NCBI GenBank assembly: GCA_964348615.1
Contig: CAYGDE010000003.1
Span: forward strand, 1 to 35,708
Direction: 5' to 3'
Origin: an uncultured Gammaproteobacteria bacterium
GTDB lineage: Bacteria; Patescibacteriota; Microgenomatia; Curtissbacterales; GWA2-41-24
DNA: 35,708 bases
Shown: positions 1-8,441 of the stretch, piece after piece
Layout of the letters: each line of letters starts with the position of its first letter
How positions within the stretch are numbered: position 1 is the first letter of the stretch
Notes under the pieces: generated by a model
What the model was told of the DNA's origin: nothing
What the model saw: only the letters and a program-made list of their open reading frames with translations
The model's database searches: none
Program-made: the position numbers and the translations under genes

Positions 1-371
1 ATGTGTTCCCATGGTGTTTTTAGTTTTCCATCATCTTTGCTCTTCTCTGCGGCCTGCATTTGAAGTATTTCTTCCCAACTACCGTAACTGCTTCTCCTCA
101 GAGATTTAAGAGCGAAAATTATCGCTGTAGTGTCGCCGGAATCAATTCTTTTTTTTAAGGCACTTTCTGCTGTGTCTGCTAAGGTTTCTCTGCCGCTTGT
201 AATTGCCTCCTGCATCTGTTCTGCAAACTCTGTATCAGCTCTTCGCCACTCGTACACAGTTTGCCTGCTTATACCTGACAATTTGCAAGCAACACTAACA
301 CAACCACAAGAGTCATCAGAGGAAAGCATCTCTAAAAACTTAGTCTTTTGTTTATCTCGAAAGGAGCTCAC
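1..371 (-). CDS. Phage terminase small-subunit-like helix-turn-helix protein (N-terminal part only; the ORF runs off the left edge)
   Basis: My own minus-strand translation is open from 371 (GTG; alternatives TTG 398 and ATG 329) down to position 1. It reads ...KQKTKFLEMLSSDDSCGCVSVACKLSGISRQTVYEWRRADTEFAEQMQEAITSGRETLADTAESALKKRIDSGDTTAIIFALKSLRRSSYGSWEE... The layout FLE..-ACK.SGISR.TVY.WR..D.EF...EA...GD...IF.LK is typical of homeodomain-like phage terminase small subunit/HTH proteins. It is absent from the ORF track because no stop lies inside the window. Confidence 0.5.
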   Translation of the reverse strand, partial: MSSFRDKQKTKFLEMLSSDDSCGCVSVACKLSGISRQTVYEWRRADTEFAEQMQEAITSGRETLADTAESALKKRIDSGDTTAIIFALKSLRRSSYGSWEEILQMQAAEKSKDDGKLKTPWEH

Positions 372-401
372 TTTTTTATATTTGTAAGATTTGTACAAAA
401 C

Positions 402-417
402 AGCGCCTTAAGGCGCT
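402..417 (-). terminator. GC-rich perfect palindrome AGCGCC-TTAA-GGCGCT; putative rho-independent terminator of ORF 444-686, or alternatively an operator of the downstream HTH gene
   Basis: A 6-bp GC-rich stem with a 4-nt loop in an AT-rich context. On the minus strand it is followed by GTTTTGT. It lies 27 nt after the stop of the 444-686 ORF. Confidence 0.35.
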
Positions 418-443
418 ACTTATTAGATATAAAGTTCAAAGTG

Positions 444-686
444 CTACTTCTTAATAGAAGTCGTGCCCGTAAGCGTACCTCGTTGAGGCTGTTCATTAAA
501 CTCTATACGGCCTCCTTGTCCATCGCTAATACTTGTAGCGTTGGATTGTGCTTCCGGAGCTGTGGTATCAATCTTCTGCATTTCTGTTACGAGTTGAGTA
601 ACAGGTTGAGCCGTCTGTGTAGGAGGGGCGCTTTGCTGCGAAGACGGCGTAGGTGTAGAACTGCTGTTTTGTTGATCAGTAGGCAT
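444..686 (-). CDS. Small hypothetical protein with a Q/S/T/P-rich low-complexity N-terminus
   Basis: 80-aa ORF. The overlapping plus-strand ORF (348-692) is Arg/Cys-rich nonsense, so the minus frame is preferred. No recognisable domain and only a weak RBS. Confidence 0.35.
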   Translation of the reverse strand: MPTDQQNSSSTPTPSSQQSAPPTQTAQPVTQLVTEMQKIDTTAPEAQSNATSISDGQGGRIEFNEQPQRGTLTGTTSIKK

Positions 687-886
687 ATATAACCTACTTA
701 TATCAGATTCAAGACTCTTGATGTCAAGTCAATACTGATATATTTCTTTGAGCTGATTCTGCTCCAAAACCTTCAATGTCAGGATGTCATCGCTTATATT
801 TGCCGGTTTCCAATTGGAAAGTACAGCATTTACAATAGGTTGGAAGAGTTCAAGATTTGTCGCTCTGAGCCGACTTTATCCTATAG

Positions 887-915
887 TTGATGTTAGTTCG
901 AACAAGTAGTATAAT
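887..915 (+). promoter_or_regulatory. Sigma-70-type promoter TTGATG-17 nt-TATAAT, 6 nt upstream of ATG 922 (leaderless transcript predicted)
   Basis: -35 at 887-892, 17-nt spacer (containing the GTTCGAAC palindrome), -10 at 910-915. ATG at 922 with no Shine-Dalgarno. Confidence 0.45.
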
Positions 916-921
916 TTTTAC

Positions 922-1557
922 ATGCCTGAAAGAAAAACAGGACCAGAAATTGCTGAAGTTTGGGATGGGCATCAGCCAAAGGACAAATGTCCCATAATTC
1001 GTGTTGGCGGAAGTCCACTTGACATCCTCAAATTACCATATGTTTTTCCAAGACTAGTTGGTGAACTGTACGGAGATATGTTAAGAAGAGATAGATTGCT
1101 CCTTGAAGAGATCAGAGAATTTATAGCTATCCAGCCGTTTGCACCCTTGAAAAGAATAACAGAGGGACAAAAATTTGACCCTTCCGAATATCAACCTAAA
1201 ACAATATTGACGATCAGGCGGGATAGATGTTTCGGTGGTGATATGTTTGAACAGGGTACTTGGGCTATTACTTCCTCAGAATGGCAACCCTACGGAGGTA
1301 ATAGAAATGTTGTTGTAGGTTTCTCTGTCCAGAACATACGATCTGGGCTGGGTTTTGGCGATATGGGAAATAGAAACTGGCATGAATCTTTTACTGTGGG
1401 GGATGTTATTCATGAGAAAGCAAAATATTTTCCTTTTGGTCAACAAGATACTTTTACTAGATACGGCACGGTTGAAATTTGGAAATTTGGCTTAGCCGAA
1501 CCAACGAAAAATCCATCGTTTTCCGCATCACTCAAGCCAAGCATCCAAAGAAGCTAA
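922..1557 (+). CDS. Hypothetical protein (211 aa), no recognisable domain
   Basis: Long ORF with its own near-consensus promoter. The composition looks like a globular soluble protein. I recognise no family motif. Confidence 0.6.
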   Translation: MPERKTGPEIAEVWDGHQPKDKCPIIRVGGSPLDILKLPYVFPRLVGELYGDMLRRDRLLLEEIREFIAIQPFAPLKRITEGQKFDPSEYQPKTILTIRRDRCFGGDMFEQGTWAITSSEWQPYGGNRNVVVGFSVQNIRSGLGFGDMGNRNWHESFTVGDVIHEKAKYFPFGQQDTFTRYGTVEIWKFGLAEPTKNPSFSASLKPSIQRS

Positions 1558-1740
1558 ACTTTTTCTTCCACTATTGTTCTAAGATCCCTTCAATACTTCA
1601 GGGTAAACGTCAAATATTTCCGACAGACCTTCTTTGCTTCTGGGCGAAGTGGACAGTAACCGAATACAGGAAACTAGGCTGGAAATTGAAGTTTTTAATG
1701 AAACCTTAGAAGCAATGGGAAAGGAAAAATATTTTCCGAG

Positions 1741-3057
1741 TTAGGCTGCTTGTGTTCTTGAGTATTCTTCTATGGCGTCAGTATTTAAATACCTTTGCAC
1801 ATAAGCAGTTGCCTCTTGCTCGGATTTAATTTCGTCGACTTCATTTAAAATATCTTTTCCAGCCTTTAAAAATTCTTCTTCGTCAAATTTTAGTTCTTTG
1901 CCTTCAAAATTAATTACACCTTTTTCCAGTAGGTTGTTAAATAGTATTACCGCACCTTCGAAATAGGCACGCATCATTTTGTTATCTTTTAATTGTTGGT
2001 ACTTTTGCACACAGCTTGCCACAACATGAGGAATTAATAACTTCCACGTTTCTTCTGAAACACTTTTTCCTTTTAGTTTTTGTGTATTGATAATTCCGAA
2101 AAGGTCGCAGTAAAGTTCACTTATTGCTGCAAATTTGCCTCCCAGGCTGTGTCTTTCGTGTGTTCTATTAAAATAGGGGTGAGCAAGTTCGTGGCCAAGC
2201 ATGACAGTTGTTGATAGAGTTTCCAACTCTTCTTTTGAGTGATGTACACTTTCAGGGTAGATTTTGTCTAAAATCGAGGTGTGCGTTCCGGACCTTTCCC
2301 GCCTGACTGGTGAAAAAATGGTTATCATTGAGCCTGTTTTTGGATCGGTTTCGATTTTAAAGCTGGGTTTTCCTTCAGAAAGGGCACCGGCTAAAAATAA
2401 GGTGTCATCAACACGCACTTTAACCGGACCTGTGCCATATGCTGTTGTTAAATCGTTTGCTAACCTTTGTGCAATTTCCGATTTTTCATCATCTTTCATG
2501 CCCATAAATGCCCAAAAGACATCTTTTGCGCCCATTAATTGATCCCTGTACCGGTCTAGGCCAATTTCAATTTTTATTTTAGGATCCATTTCGATAGCAA
2601 TTCTTTTTGCTTCTTCATAGTCGCCTTTTGCTATTGCCTGGGATAATTTTTGGTAGTACGAAGCGTCTTCTGGGGCTCTTAATGTTTCTCCAAGATATCC
2701 TAAATTGGTTGATAATATGCCTAAGAGCTCCTTATATTCTTGCGAATATGGGGTAGCAACTAAATTACCTTTTTCGTCTCTTCTGACAACTGTTGTCCTG
2801 TCCAAAATTTTCGGGTCTTTTTGGTTCGCTTCTTCAAGTTCTTTTTCGTTTGCGTCGGCGGGATAAAGGCGGCCTCTTTGCGGGTCGGGCCCATCCATTA
2901 TTGCGTAAATTTGGGCGACTGCGCCAATTGCCCCGGTATAGTGCGCGTATTCCCCTAATTCCTCGGGTTTAATCCCAACAAAAATTGTTGGAAATTCTGT
3001 GATATAAGATTTTTGCGGTGCTTGATCTTCTCGTTCCATGAACGAGAATAATATCAA
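1741..3057 (-). CDS. Putative soluble zinc metallopeptidase (HExxH, gluzincin-like)
   Basis: 438-aa ORF with MLGHELAHPYF (HExxH) followed about 25 residues later by ISELYCDLFG, a possible third-ligand Glu. No signal peptide. It sits 21 nt downstream of the membrane HExxH gene. Confidence 0.65.
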   Translation of the reverse strand: MILFSFMEREDQAPQKSYITEFPTIFVGIKPEELGEYAHYTGAIGAVAQIYAIMDGPDPQRGRLYPADANEKELEEANQKDPKILDRTTVVRRDEKGNLVATPYSQEYKELLGILSTNLGYLGETLRAPEDASYYQKLSQAIAKGDYEEAKRIAIEMDPKIKIEIGLDRYRDQLMGAKDVFWAFMGMKDDEKSEIAQRLANDLTTAYGTGPVKVRVDDTLFLAGALSEGKPSFKIETDPKTGSMITIFSPVRRERSGTHTSILDKIYPESVHHSKEELETLSTTVMLGHELAHPYFNRTHERHSLGGKFAAISELYCDLFGIINTQKLKGKSVSEETWKLLIPHVVASCVQKYQQLKDNKMMRAYFEGAVILFNNLLEKGVINFEGKELKFDEEEFLKAGKDILNEVDEIKSEQEATAYVQRYLNTDAIEEYSRTQAA

Positions 3058-3078
3058 GTTTGAAGCTATATGTCAAGA

Positions 3079-3750
3079 CTATAGGGTTCGATTTTTGGAA
3101 GTAAAAAGTTTAGAAATTACAATTGTTGTAATGTCTAAGGCAATAATTATCTGAAGAGGGTTTTTGGCAAGAGCGAAAAAAGGTTCGAGGTTTGGTGAAA
3201 GCTGAAGTAGCTGGTTTGGGATTTGTTCGTATCCAATAAGATAAAGAAAGACAAAAGTGAACAAAATGACAATTATTAGTTCCAATGCCCCTTCTACGTC
3301 CCTACTGCTGGAAAACATTGTATTGCCTATTTGGAAGAGGGCATAAAATAAAACAGCCTTTGGCCAGAAGCCGTTTATTTCCATTTTTGATGCGATTGTG
3401 ATTGCAATTACGATTAACAAGATTCCAAAAACAAGCGGGGCGATGCCTATTAAAAATCTTCGCAGTGGGTCGCTTTGCCCCACTTGGACGCTTCCAAGCT
3501 TAATTTGGTTTCCTTCGACTTTTGGGGTAAGTTCAATTTCGCCAACATATACACCAAGTGCCTGTGCAACTGCTGCATGGGCAAATTCGTGAATTATTGT
3601 CCCTGGCAAAAATACAAAGGCCAAAAAGCTGATTGTTGTGTTTTTGCTTTTTGTAATTTGCAAGATTAGCAGGCCAAGGTTTTGGGAAACGGTTTTTGAA
3701 AGCAAAAATAAAAAAAATAAAAGAAAAAGAAAAACCAGTGCAGGGCTCAT
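3079..3750 (-). CDS. Polytopic membrane metalloprotease-like protein (M50/site-2-protease-like)
   Basis: 223 aa with several hydrophobic helices. PGTIIHEFAHAAVAQALG (HExxH inside a TM segment) and a later NTMFSSSRDVEG resembling the N..P...DG second motif of S2P-type enzymes. Confidence 0.65.
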   Translation of the reverse strand: MSPALVFLFLLFFLFLLSKTVSQNLGLLILQITKSKNTTISFLAFVFLPGTIIHEFAHAAVAQALGVYVGEIELTPKVEGNQIKLGSVQVGQSDPLRRFLIGIAPLVFGILLIVIAITIASKMEINGFWPKAVLFYALFQIGNTMFSSSRDVEGALELIIVILFTFVFLYLIGYEQIPNQLLQLSPNLEPFFALAKNPLQIIIALDITTIVISKLFTSKNRTL

Positions 3751-3789
3751 TTTAATATCTTATCAAAAATGCTAAACTAACTTTAGTTT

Positions 3790-4200
3790 ATGGACAATAG
3801 GAGCCTTTTAGAATTTATTAAAAAACATAAGATTGGGATCCTTTCCACCCTTGGTGAAGAATTCCCTGAATCGTCTGTTGTGGATTTTGTAATAAACGAT
3901 AAATTTGAAATTGTTTTTAACACGTTTGTTGGTTCTAGGAAATACAGGAATTTACAAAAGAATAGGCATGTTTCTTTTGTTACTGGATGGGAAGGATTAA
4001 AAACTGTTCAGTACGAAGGGTTGGCATATGAACTTTTTGAGGAACCTCTGGAAAAAGTAAAAGAGGCGCATAGCCGCAATTTTGAATATGTTAGGCTTTG
4101 GAAGGTAGATGAGATGCGGTATTTTAAAATAAATCCTACCTGGATTAAGTACAGTGATTACAATGCAAAACCTGCGAAATTCTTCGAATTAGATTTCTGA
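3790..4200 (+). CDS. Pyridoxamine 5'-phosphate oxidase-family (FMN-binding split-barrel) protein
   Basis: 136 aa. The N-terminal LLEFIKKHKIGILSTLGEEFPESSVVDF...RKYRNLQKNRHVSF pattern is typical of the PNPOx-like family. Confidence 0.7.
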   Translation: MDNRSLLEFIKKHKIGILSTLGEEFPESSVVDFVINDKFEIVFNTFVGSRKYRNLQKNRHVSFVTGWEGLKTVQYEGLAYELFEEPLEKVKEAHSRNFEYVRLWKVDEMRYFKINPTWIKYSDYNAKPAKFFELDF

Positions 4201-4662
4201 ATTTGATTGAGGCAGACAGCTTACCGTAAAACGGTATTTTGGAATCTCTTGCTTTTTGGAGATTTGCAACAGAGGTGAATGCTGTTCTAGGAGTGCTTGA
4301 CAGCCAAAATTATTTGCAAACAAGATAGTTTGTGGAAGAGAAAGCACTACTTGGCTGTTTGTTTCCCAGCCGAAGGTTTTGAGGTTGTCTTTGTAGAAAA
4401 AATAGACTTCAGGCCAGTGATTGGTTGTAGTAAAGTCTATTACGGCAGAATCGCTGCACGGGGCGTTTCTGATGATACAAACCTTTCTTCTAGGTTCGAA
4501 TGTCCAACTTTCTGCGCCAGGGTATTTTGGGATTGCTGCTGATGCGTCTTGAATCTCTATGCTAAAGTTTTTGGGCGGTGTGGAAATTAGCAGATGAATG
4601 ACATACCCAATGCCTGTGCATACTAGAACGAAGATGAAAAACGTAACAAAACCGTGCTTCAT
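4189..4662 (-). CDS. Hypothetical N-terminally membrane-anchored protein
   Basis: 157 aa with a single N-terminal TM (FVTFFIFVLVCTGIGYVIHLLI) and four Cys in the extracytoplasmic part. No known motif. Confidence 0.5.
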   Translation of the reverse strand: MKHGFVTFFIFVLVCTGIGYVIHLLISTPPKNFSIEIQDASAAIPKYPGAESWTFEPRRKVCIIRNAPCSDSAVIDFTTTNHWPEVYFFYKDNLKTFGWETNSQVVLSLPQTILFANNFGCQALLEQHSPLLQISKKQEIPKYRFTVSCLPQSNSEI

Positions 4663-4700
4663 ACTTTTATATTAACACCATTTTTAAATTCCATTGTAAA

Positions 4701-5486
4701 ATGGATTTGATGGTATTAAAGGTTTTTCAGCTAAACTTGTATAAAGGGAAATGGCTAGAAAAAGCAGCTGAATTTTTAAAGGCTGAAAACCCGGACATAA
4801 TTACTTTGCAGGAGGTTACTACAAACAAGCTTAATTATTTTGATGATCAAAATGTAAGTTTATTTGACGAGCTAAAAATAAGACTTGGCATTGAGGGTGT
4901 TTATGATTGTACAATGCAATTTAAAAATTTGCCTGGGTCGTGTTTTGGGAATGCTGTTTTTAGTAAATTTAAAATTAAATCAAGCAGCGTTGTCTCTATG
5001 AAAGACGGCGGGGAGTTTTATTATGATTTTGAAAAACATGGCGATTTTGGCAAAGACAGGCCTTTTGTACCTAGACATCTTATAGATGCAACTTTGGAAG
5101 TGGACGATTCGTACATGCATGTTATTAGTGTCCATGGAGCCTGGACTGCCCCGCCAAGCGACAATGAAGAAACTTTAAGGCAAGCTGGTGTTATTGCCAA
5201 TCACCTACGTAGCCTTGGAGATGAGCCATTTATTATGGGAGGGGACATGAATATGCCCCAAAATACGAAAGTGATCGGAAAAATATCAAAAGTCTGCAAA
5301 AATTTAATGGAAGGTTCTGGAATAAAACAAACGTTGAATCCAAGATTGCACTACTTAAAAAGCAAGGAGCTTGCTGTTGATTATATTTTTACATCAAGGC
5401 ATTTTGATTTAAAAAATATTGAAGTTTTGCAAGTGGATATTTCGGACCATTTGCCTGTTGTTGCCCAGTTAGAATTTAATGTCTGA
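4701..5486 (+). CDS. Endonuclease/exonuclease/phosphatase (EEP) family protein
   Basis: Motifs DIITLQEV near the N-terminus, GGDMNM, and C-terminal SDHLPVVAQLEF. The start may instead be ATG 4710, which lies 7 nt after a TAAAAT -10-like box at 4697-4702. Confidence 0.85.
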   Translation: MDLMVLKVFQLNLYKGKWLEKAAEFLKAENPDIITLQEVTTNKLNYFDDQNVSLFDELKIRLGIEGVYDCTMQFKNLPGSCFGNAVFSKFKIKSSSVVSMKDGGEFYYDFEKHGDFGKDRPFVPRHLIDATLEVDDSYMHVISVHGAWTAPPSDNEETLRQAGVIANHLRSLGDEPFIMGGDMNMPQNTKVIGKISKVCKNLMEGSGIKQTLNPRLHYLKSKELAVDYIFTSRHFDLKNIEVLQVDISDHLPVVAQLEFNV

Positions 5487-5499
5487 CACCAGTAATTTG

Positions 5500-5572
5500 T
5501 GCCTCAGGAGGGATTCGAACCCCCAACCAATCGCTTAGAACGCGAGTGCTCTATCCGTTGAGCTACTGAGGC
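5500..5572 (-). tRNA. tRNA-Arg (anticodon TCT)
   Basis: Hand-folded cloverleaf: GCCTCAG/CTGAGGC acceptor, GCTC-AACGGATA-GAGC D arm, anticodon loop GTTCTAA, GGGGG-TTCGAAT-CCCTC T arm, discriminator A. No encoded CCA. G32 and a C27-T43 mismatch are slightly atypical. Confidence 0.85.
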
Positions 5573-5574
5573 AT

Positions 5575-5648
5575 TGGAGCGGGTGAAGAGAATCGGACTC
5601 TCGTATCCAGTTTGGAAAACTGGTGTTCTACCATTGAACTACACCCGC
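5575..5648 (-). tRNA. tRNA-Gly (anticodon TCC), CCA encoded
   Basis: GCGGGTG/CACCCGC acceptor, GTTC-AATGGTA-GAAC D arm, CCAGT-TTTCCAA-ACTGG anticodon arm, GAGAG-TCCGATT-CTCTT T arm, then T-CCA. Confidence 0.9.
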
Positions 5649-5703
5649 AATAGATGTAATTTTATCAAATTTAGGAATTAATTGTATAATTGTATTTGAG
5701 CAT

Positions 5704-5777
5704 GGTGGTTGTAGCTCAGTTGGTAGAGCAGCAGCTTGTGGAGCTGCGGGTCGCGGGTTCGAGCCCCGTCAACCACC
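5704..5777 (+). tRNA. tRNA-His (anticodon GTG) with genome-encoded G-1
   Basis: G-1 (5704) pairs with C73 (5777). GTGGTTG/CAACCAC acceptor, GCTC-AGTTGGTA-GAGC D arm, GCAGC-TTGTGGA-GCTGC anticodon arm (GTG at 5738-5740), GCGGG-TTCGAGC-CCCGT T arm. The downstream sequence is CCCA, so CCA is not encoded in register. Confidence 0.9.
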
Positions 5778-5789
5778 CCCAAGTTTTTG

Positions 5790-7172
5790 CTAAAATTGGT
5801 CTATTGGGAGTTTTTCTACTTTATCTTCGATGTTCTTGTAGATTATTTGGTATTTGTAAGGTCTATACAAAAGAGCAATTGGCGCCTCGTCCATAAGAAA
5901 CCTTTGGAAATCTTGGTAAACAGCTTTTCGTTCGTCTTGGTTCCGGATTACCCTGCCGTCTTCCAAAAGCTTGTCTATTTTGGGGTTGTTTAGTTTTGTT
6001 AAATTGGTTTTTTTCTGTGAAGAATGCCAAAGTCCATACTGGTCTGGGTCTTTGGAAATTTTTTCGACAACCAAAAGGGCCTGGAAATCCGCTGGAATTG
6101 TTTTACTTTCCTCTATTTTTACTTTTACGCCCAAGTCTTCCCAATCTTTTTTTATAGATGCGGCAATATTTTCAAAACTACCAACAACTGTTAAGTTTAC
6201 TTCCGGGTTTTGCAACTGCGATTTGGAAATCAGTTCCTTGGCTTTGCCAACATTGTAGTCATACCTTTTGACATCGGGATTATAAGCCCAGTTGTTTTGA
6301 GAGATTGGTGAAAGGGCTGTTTCGCCGTCGAAGCTGGTTTTGTTTATTGCATGGTTAAGGGCCTGGCGAAATTCTTTTGAGCCTAAAGTTTGGTCTTGGG
6401 TATTGTAAAAAATTGTTACAATTTCGTCTTGGGCTGCAACTTTGTTTACTTTGAGGTTTGGCCATTTTTCAAATTCTTTTGCCTGGGCTACAGACGCGTA
6501 CTTTACGTCCCCTATTTTTACTGCACTGGTTAGCTGATCTTCGGTTTGGTAAAACTTGATTTCGACCCTAGGAAGGTTTTTGTCCTTTGGGGTTAAACCT
6601 ATTTTTTGTATTGTTTTGCCAGTTTCGGAAATTTGGGTAATTCTAAATTCACCAGTGCCATAAAAGGTTTTAGTTTTAAAAACGGGTTTGTCCAAAGCTT
6701 GTACAAACGAAGAAATCGGGTTTGGAAGCTTAAATTCGATGGCTTTGTTGTTAAGGGCGTTTATTTCTACGTTTTCGATTGCCAGCGTAATATCCTTTGC
6801 CTCCAGGCGTGAACCGTCATGCCAAGAAAGGTTGTCTTTTAAAAAGACAACATAGTCTTTACCGTCTTCTGAAACGGTCCAATGGGAGGCCAAAGAAGGT
6901 TGAGGTTCGCCTTTTTGGTCTATTGAAATCAGTGATTGAGTTGCTAGGTTGAGTATTTCTGTTGGGACTGTTTCTAGTGTGTAGTTTCCGGCGTAACCTA
7001 TTGAAACTATGTTTGTTTTGGCAAGACTTGTTGTAAGTTTAAATGCGAGAAAAACTGTGGTAAAGATTGTTGTGGTGCCTAGAAAAATGGGAAGTTTGTA
7101 TCTTCTTGCGTATGCACTGGCCAAATGGATCCAGAATTTGGCCCTTCTTGTTTTTGGCGAAGAGATGGGCAT
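5790..7172 (-). CDS. ABC-transporter family-5 (peptide/nickel, OppA/DppA-like) substrate-binding protein, TM-anchored
   Basis: 460 aa. N-terminal TM, then LISIDQKGEPQPSLASHWTVSEDGKDYVVFLKDNLSWHDGSRLEAKDI, typical of the SBP_bac_5 family. Confidence 0.8.
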   Translation of the reverse strand: MPISSPKTRRAKFWIHLASAYARRYKLPIFLGTTTIFTTVFLAFKLTTSLAKTNIVSIGYAGNYTLETVPTEILNLATQSLISIDQKGEPQPSLASHWTVSEDGKDYVVFLKDNLSWHDGSRLEAKDITLAIENVEINALNNKAIEFKLPNPISSFVQALDKPVFKTKTFYGTGEFRITQISETGKTIQKIGLTPKDKNLPRVEIKFYQTEDQLTSAVKIGDVKYASVAQAKEFEKWPNLKVNKVAAQDEIVTIFYNTQDQTLGSKEFRQALNHAINKTSFDGETALSPISQNNWAYNPDVKRYDYNVGKAKELISKSQLQNPEVNLTVVGSFENIAASIKKDWEDLGVKVKIEESKTIPADFQALLVVEKISKDPDQYGLWHSSQKKTNLTKLNNPKIDKLLEDGRVIRNQDERKAVYQDFQRFLMDEAPIALLYRPYKYQIIYKNIEDKVEKLPIDQF

Positions 7173-7391
7173 TTATATAAGTACTTGGGAAACCGAGAGT
7201 ACTAAAAAGGCAATAGCTAAGAAAATTGTCAGGTACACAAACAATTTTTCCACTCCCCTTTTAGATCGGTAAACGCTGTTGCCTCCTCCAAAAGCAGCTG
7301 AAAGACCTGAGCCTTTTGCTTGAAGAAGAATAGTAAAAATTAAACTTAAACTTACGATAATTTGTAAAATTAAAAGAACGTTTTTTATCAT
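7173..7391 (-). CDS. secG: Preprotein translocase subunit SecG
   Basis: 72 aa with two TMs. LLQAKGSGLSAAFGGG is the SecG signature. Confidence 0.8.
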   Translation of the reverse strand: MIKNVLLILQIIVSLSLIFTILLQAKGSGLSAAFGGGNSVYRSKRGVEKLFVYLTIFLAIAFLVLSVSQVLI

Positions 7392-8386
7392 ATGAGTTGT
7401 TCGATTGCTTTAGCTATTTTCAGACTATCGTGATAAAGCGGGAAGCTTGTGTTGATAAAATCCCCTTCCAGTATTTTACCACCAAACGCCAGTAAATTTT
7501 TCCTGTCGTACTGGACGTATTTATATTTTAGACCTTTTGGAATTTTTGGTGCGTAATTTGTGTTTATTAAGATTTTATCAAAGATATTCTTTTGGACGTG
7601 TTTTTCTATTGTCTCTAGATAGTCTGAAGCCCGAAAGTTTGGCGTTTCGAAAGATTTGTTGGTTGTATTTAGAATAAATATTTTCTTGGCTTTTGATTTT
7701 ATAAATTCTTTTTTGATCTGCGAAACTATAAGAACGGGTAAAATTGTGGTAAAAAGGTCTCCTGGCCCGGCAATTAGTACATCTGCTTCGCGAATAGCTT
7801 CAATGGTTACTTTGTAGGCCTTGGCGCCTTCAGGGTCTATGTGTACCTCTTTTAAGGCTTTTGAGCCTGGAAATTTTCCAAGGTCTATGTTTTGTTCACC
7901 GTAAACTTTTTGTCCATCTTTATTTTTTGCCCAAATGTTAACGTTATCAATTGTTGCCGGAAGAACCCTCCCGCTAGGGGAAATTATTTTGGAAAATTCT
8001 TCGAGAGCCTTGTTCGTGTCACCCTTGTATATATCTGTTAAGGCAACAAAAATTAAATTTCCAAGTTTTTGTCCGCTTAAATCGGTGTCCTTTCCGTACC
8101 TTTTGCCTGCAAAACGATAGCGAAAAAGCAGATTTAAAACAGATTCTTCTGAGGAAAGCGCTGTGAGGCAGTTGACCAAATCTCCAGGCGGAAGGACAGA
8201 AAAAGCACGCCTAAGACGCCCCGCAGAGCCGCCATCGTCGGCCATAGAAACGATTGCAGTAAGCTGATATGGATAATCTCTTAACCCCTTTAGCACTTGT
8301 GCTGTTCCGACGCCCCCACCCAGACAAACGACTTTTCTGGGTTTTTCTGGGAGTTCAAGATAGTGTCTTACAAACGAAGCTAGCAT
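7388..8386 (-). CDS. YvcK/CofD-like (UPF0052) gluconeogenesis-factor family protein
   Basis: VVCLGGGVGTAQVLKGLRDY...LTAIVSMADDGGSAGRLR...PGDLVNC is the YvcK/2-phospho-L-lactate-transferase-like family pattern. 4-nt overlap with secG. Confidence 0.85.
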   Translation of the reverse strand: MLASFVRHYLELPEKPRKVVCLGGGVGTAQVLKGLRDYPYQLTAIVSMADDGGSAGRLRRAFSVLPPGDLVNCLTALSSEESVLNLLFRYRFAGKRYGKDTDLSGQKLGNLIFVALTDIYKGDTNKALEEFSKIISPSGRVLPATIDNVNIWAKNKDGQKVYGEQNIDLGKFPGSKALKEVHIDPEGAKAYKVTIEAIREADVLIAGPGDLFTTILPVLIVSQIKKEFIKSKAKKIFILNTTNKSFETPNFRASDYLETIEKHVQKNIFDKILINTNYAPKIPKGLKYKYVQYDRKNLLAFGGKILEGDFINTSFPLYHDSLKIAKAIEQLI

Positions 8387-8441
8387 TGGGATATGTTATC
8401 AGATGTACTGTACGGGTGGCAAATAAAGACTTTTTGTGATT

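Noticed and set aside
348-692. 114-aa plus-strand ORF overlapping the 444-686 minus-strand ORF
   Set aside because: The translation is Arg/Cys/Leu-rich nonsense (..LLRRRRRCRTAV..). It runs through the GC-rich palindrome and the 5' end of the HTH gene on the other strand, and it has no RBS or promoter.
1723-1737. GGAAAA-ATA-TTTTCC hairpin between the convergent genes 922-1557 and 1741-3057 as a terminator
   Set aside because: The stem is only 6 bp and mostly A-T, with a 3-nt loop. That is too weak to call, and no flanking U-tract is distinct from the stem itself.
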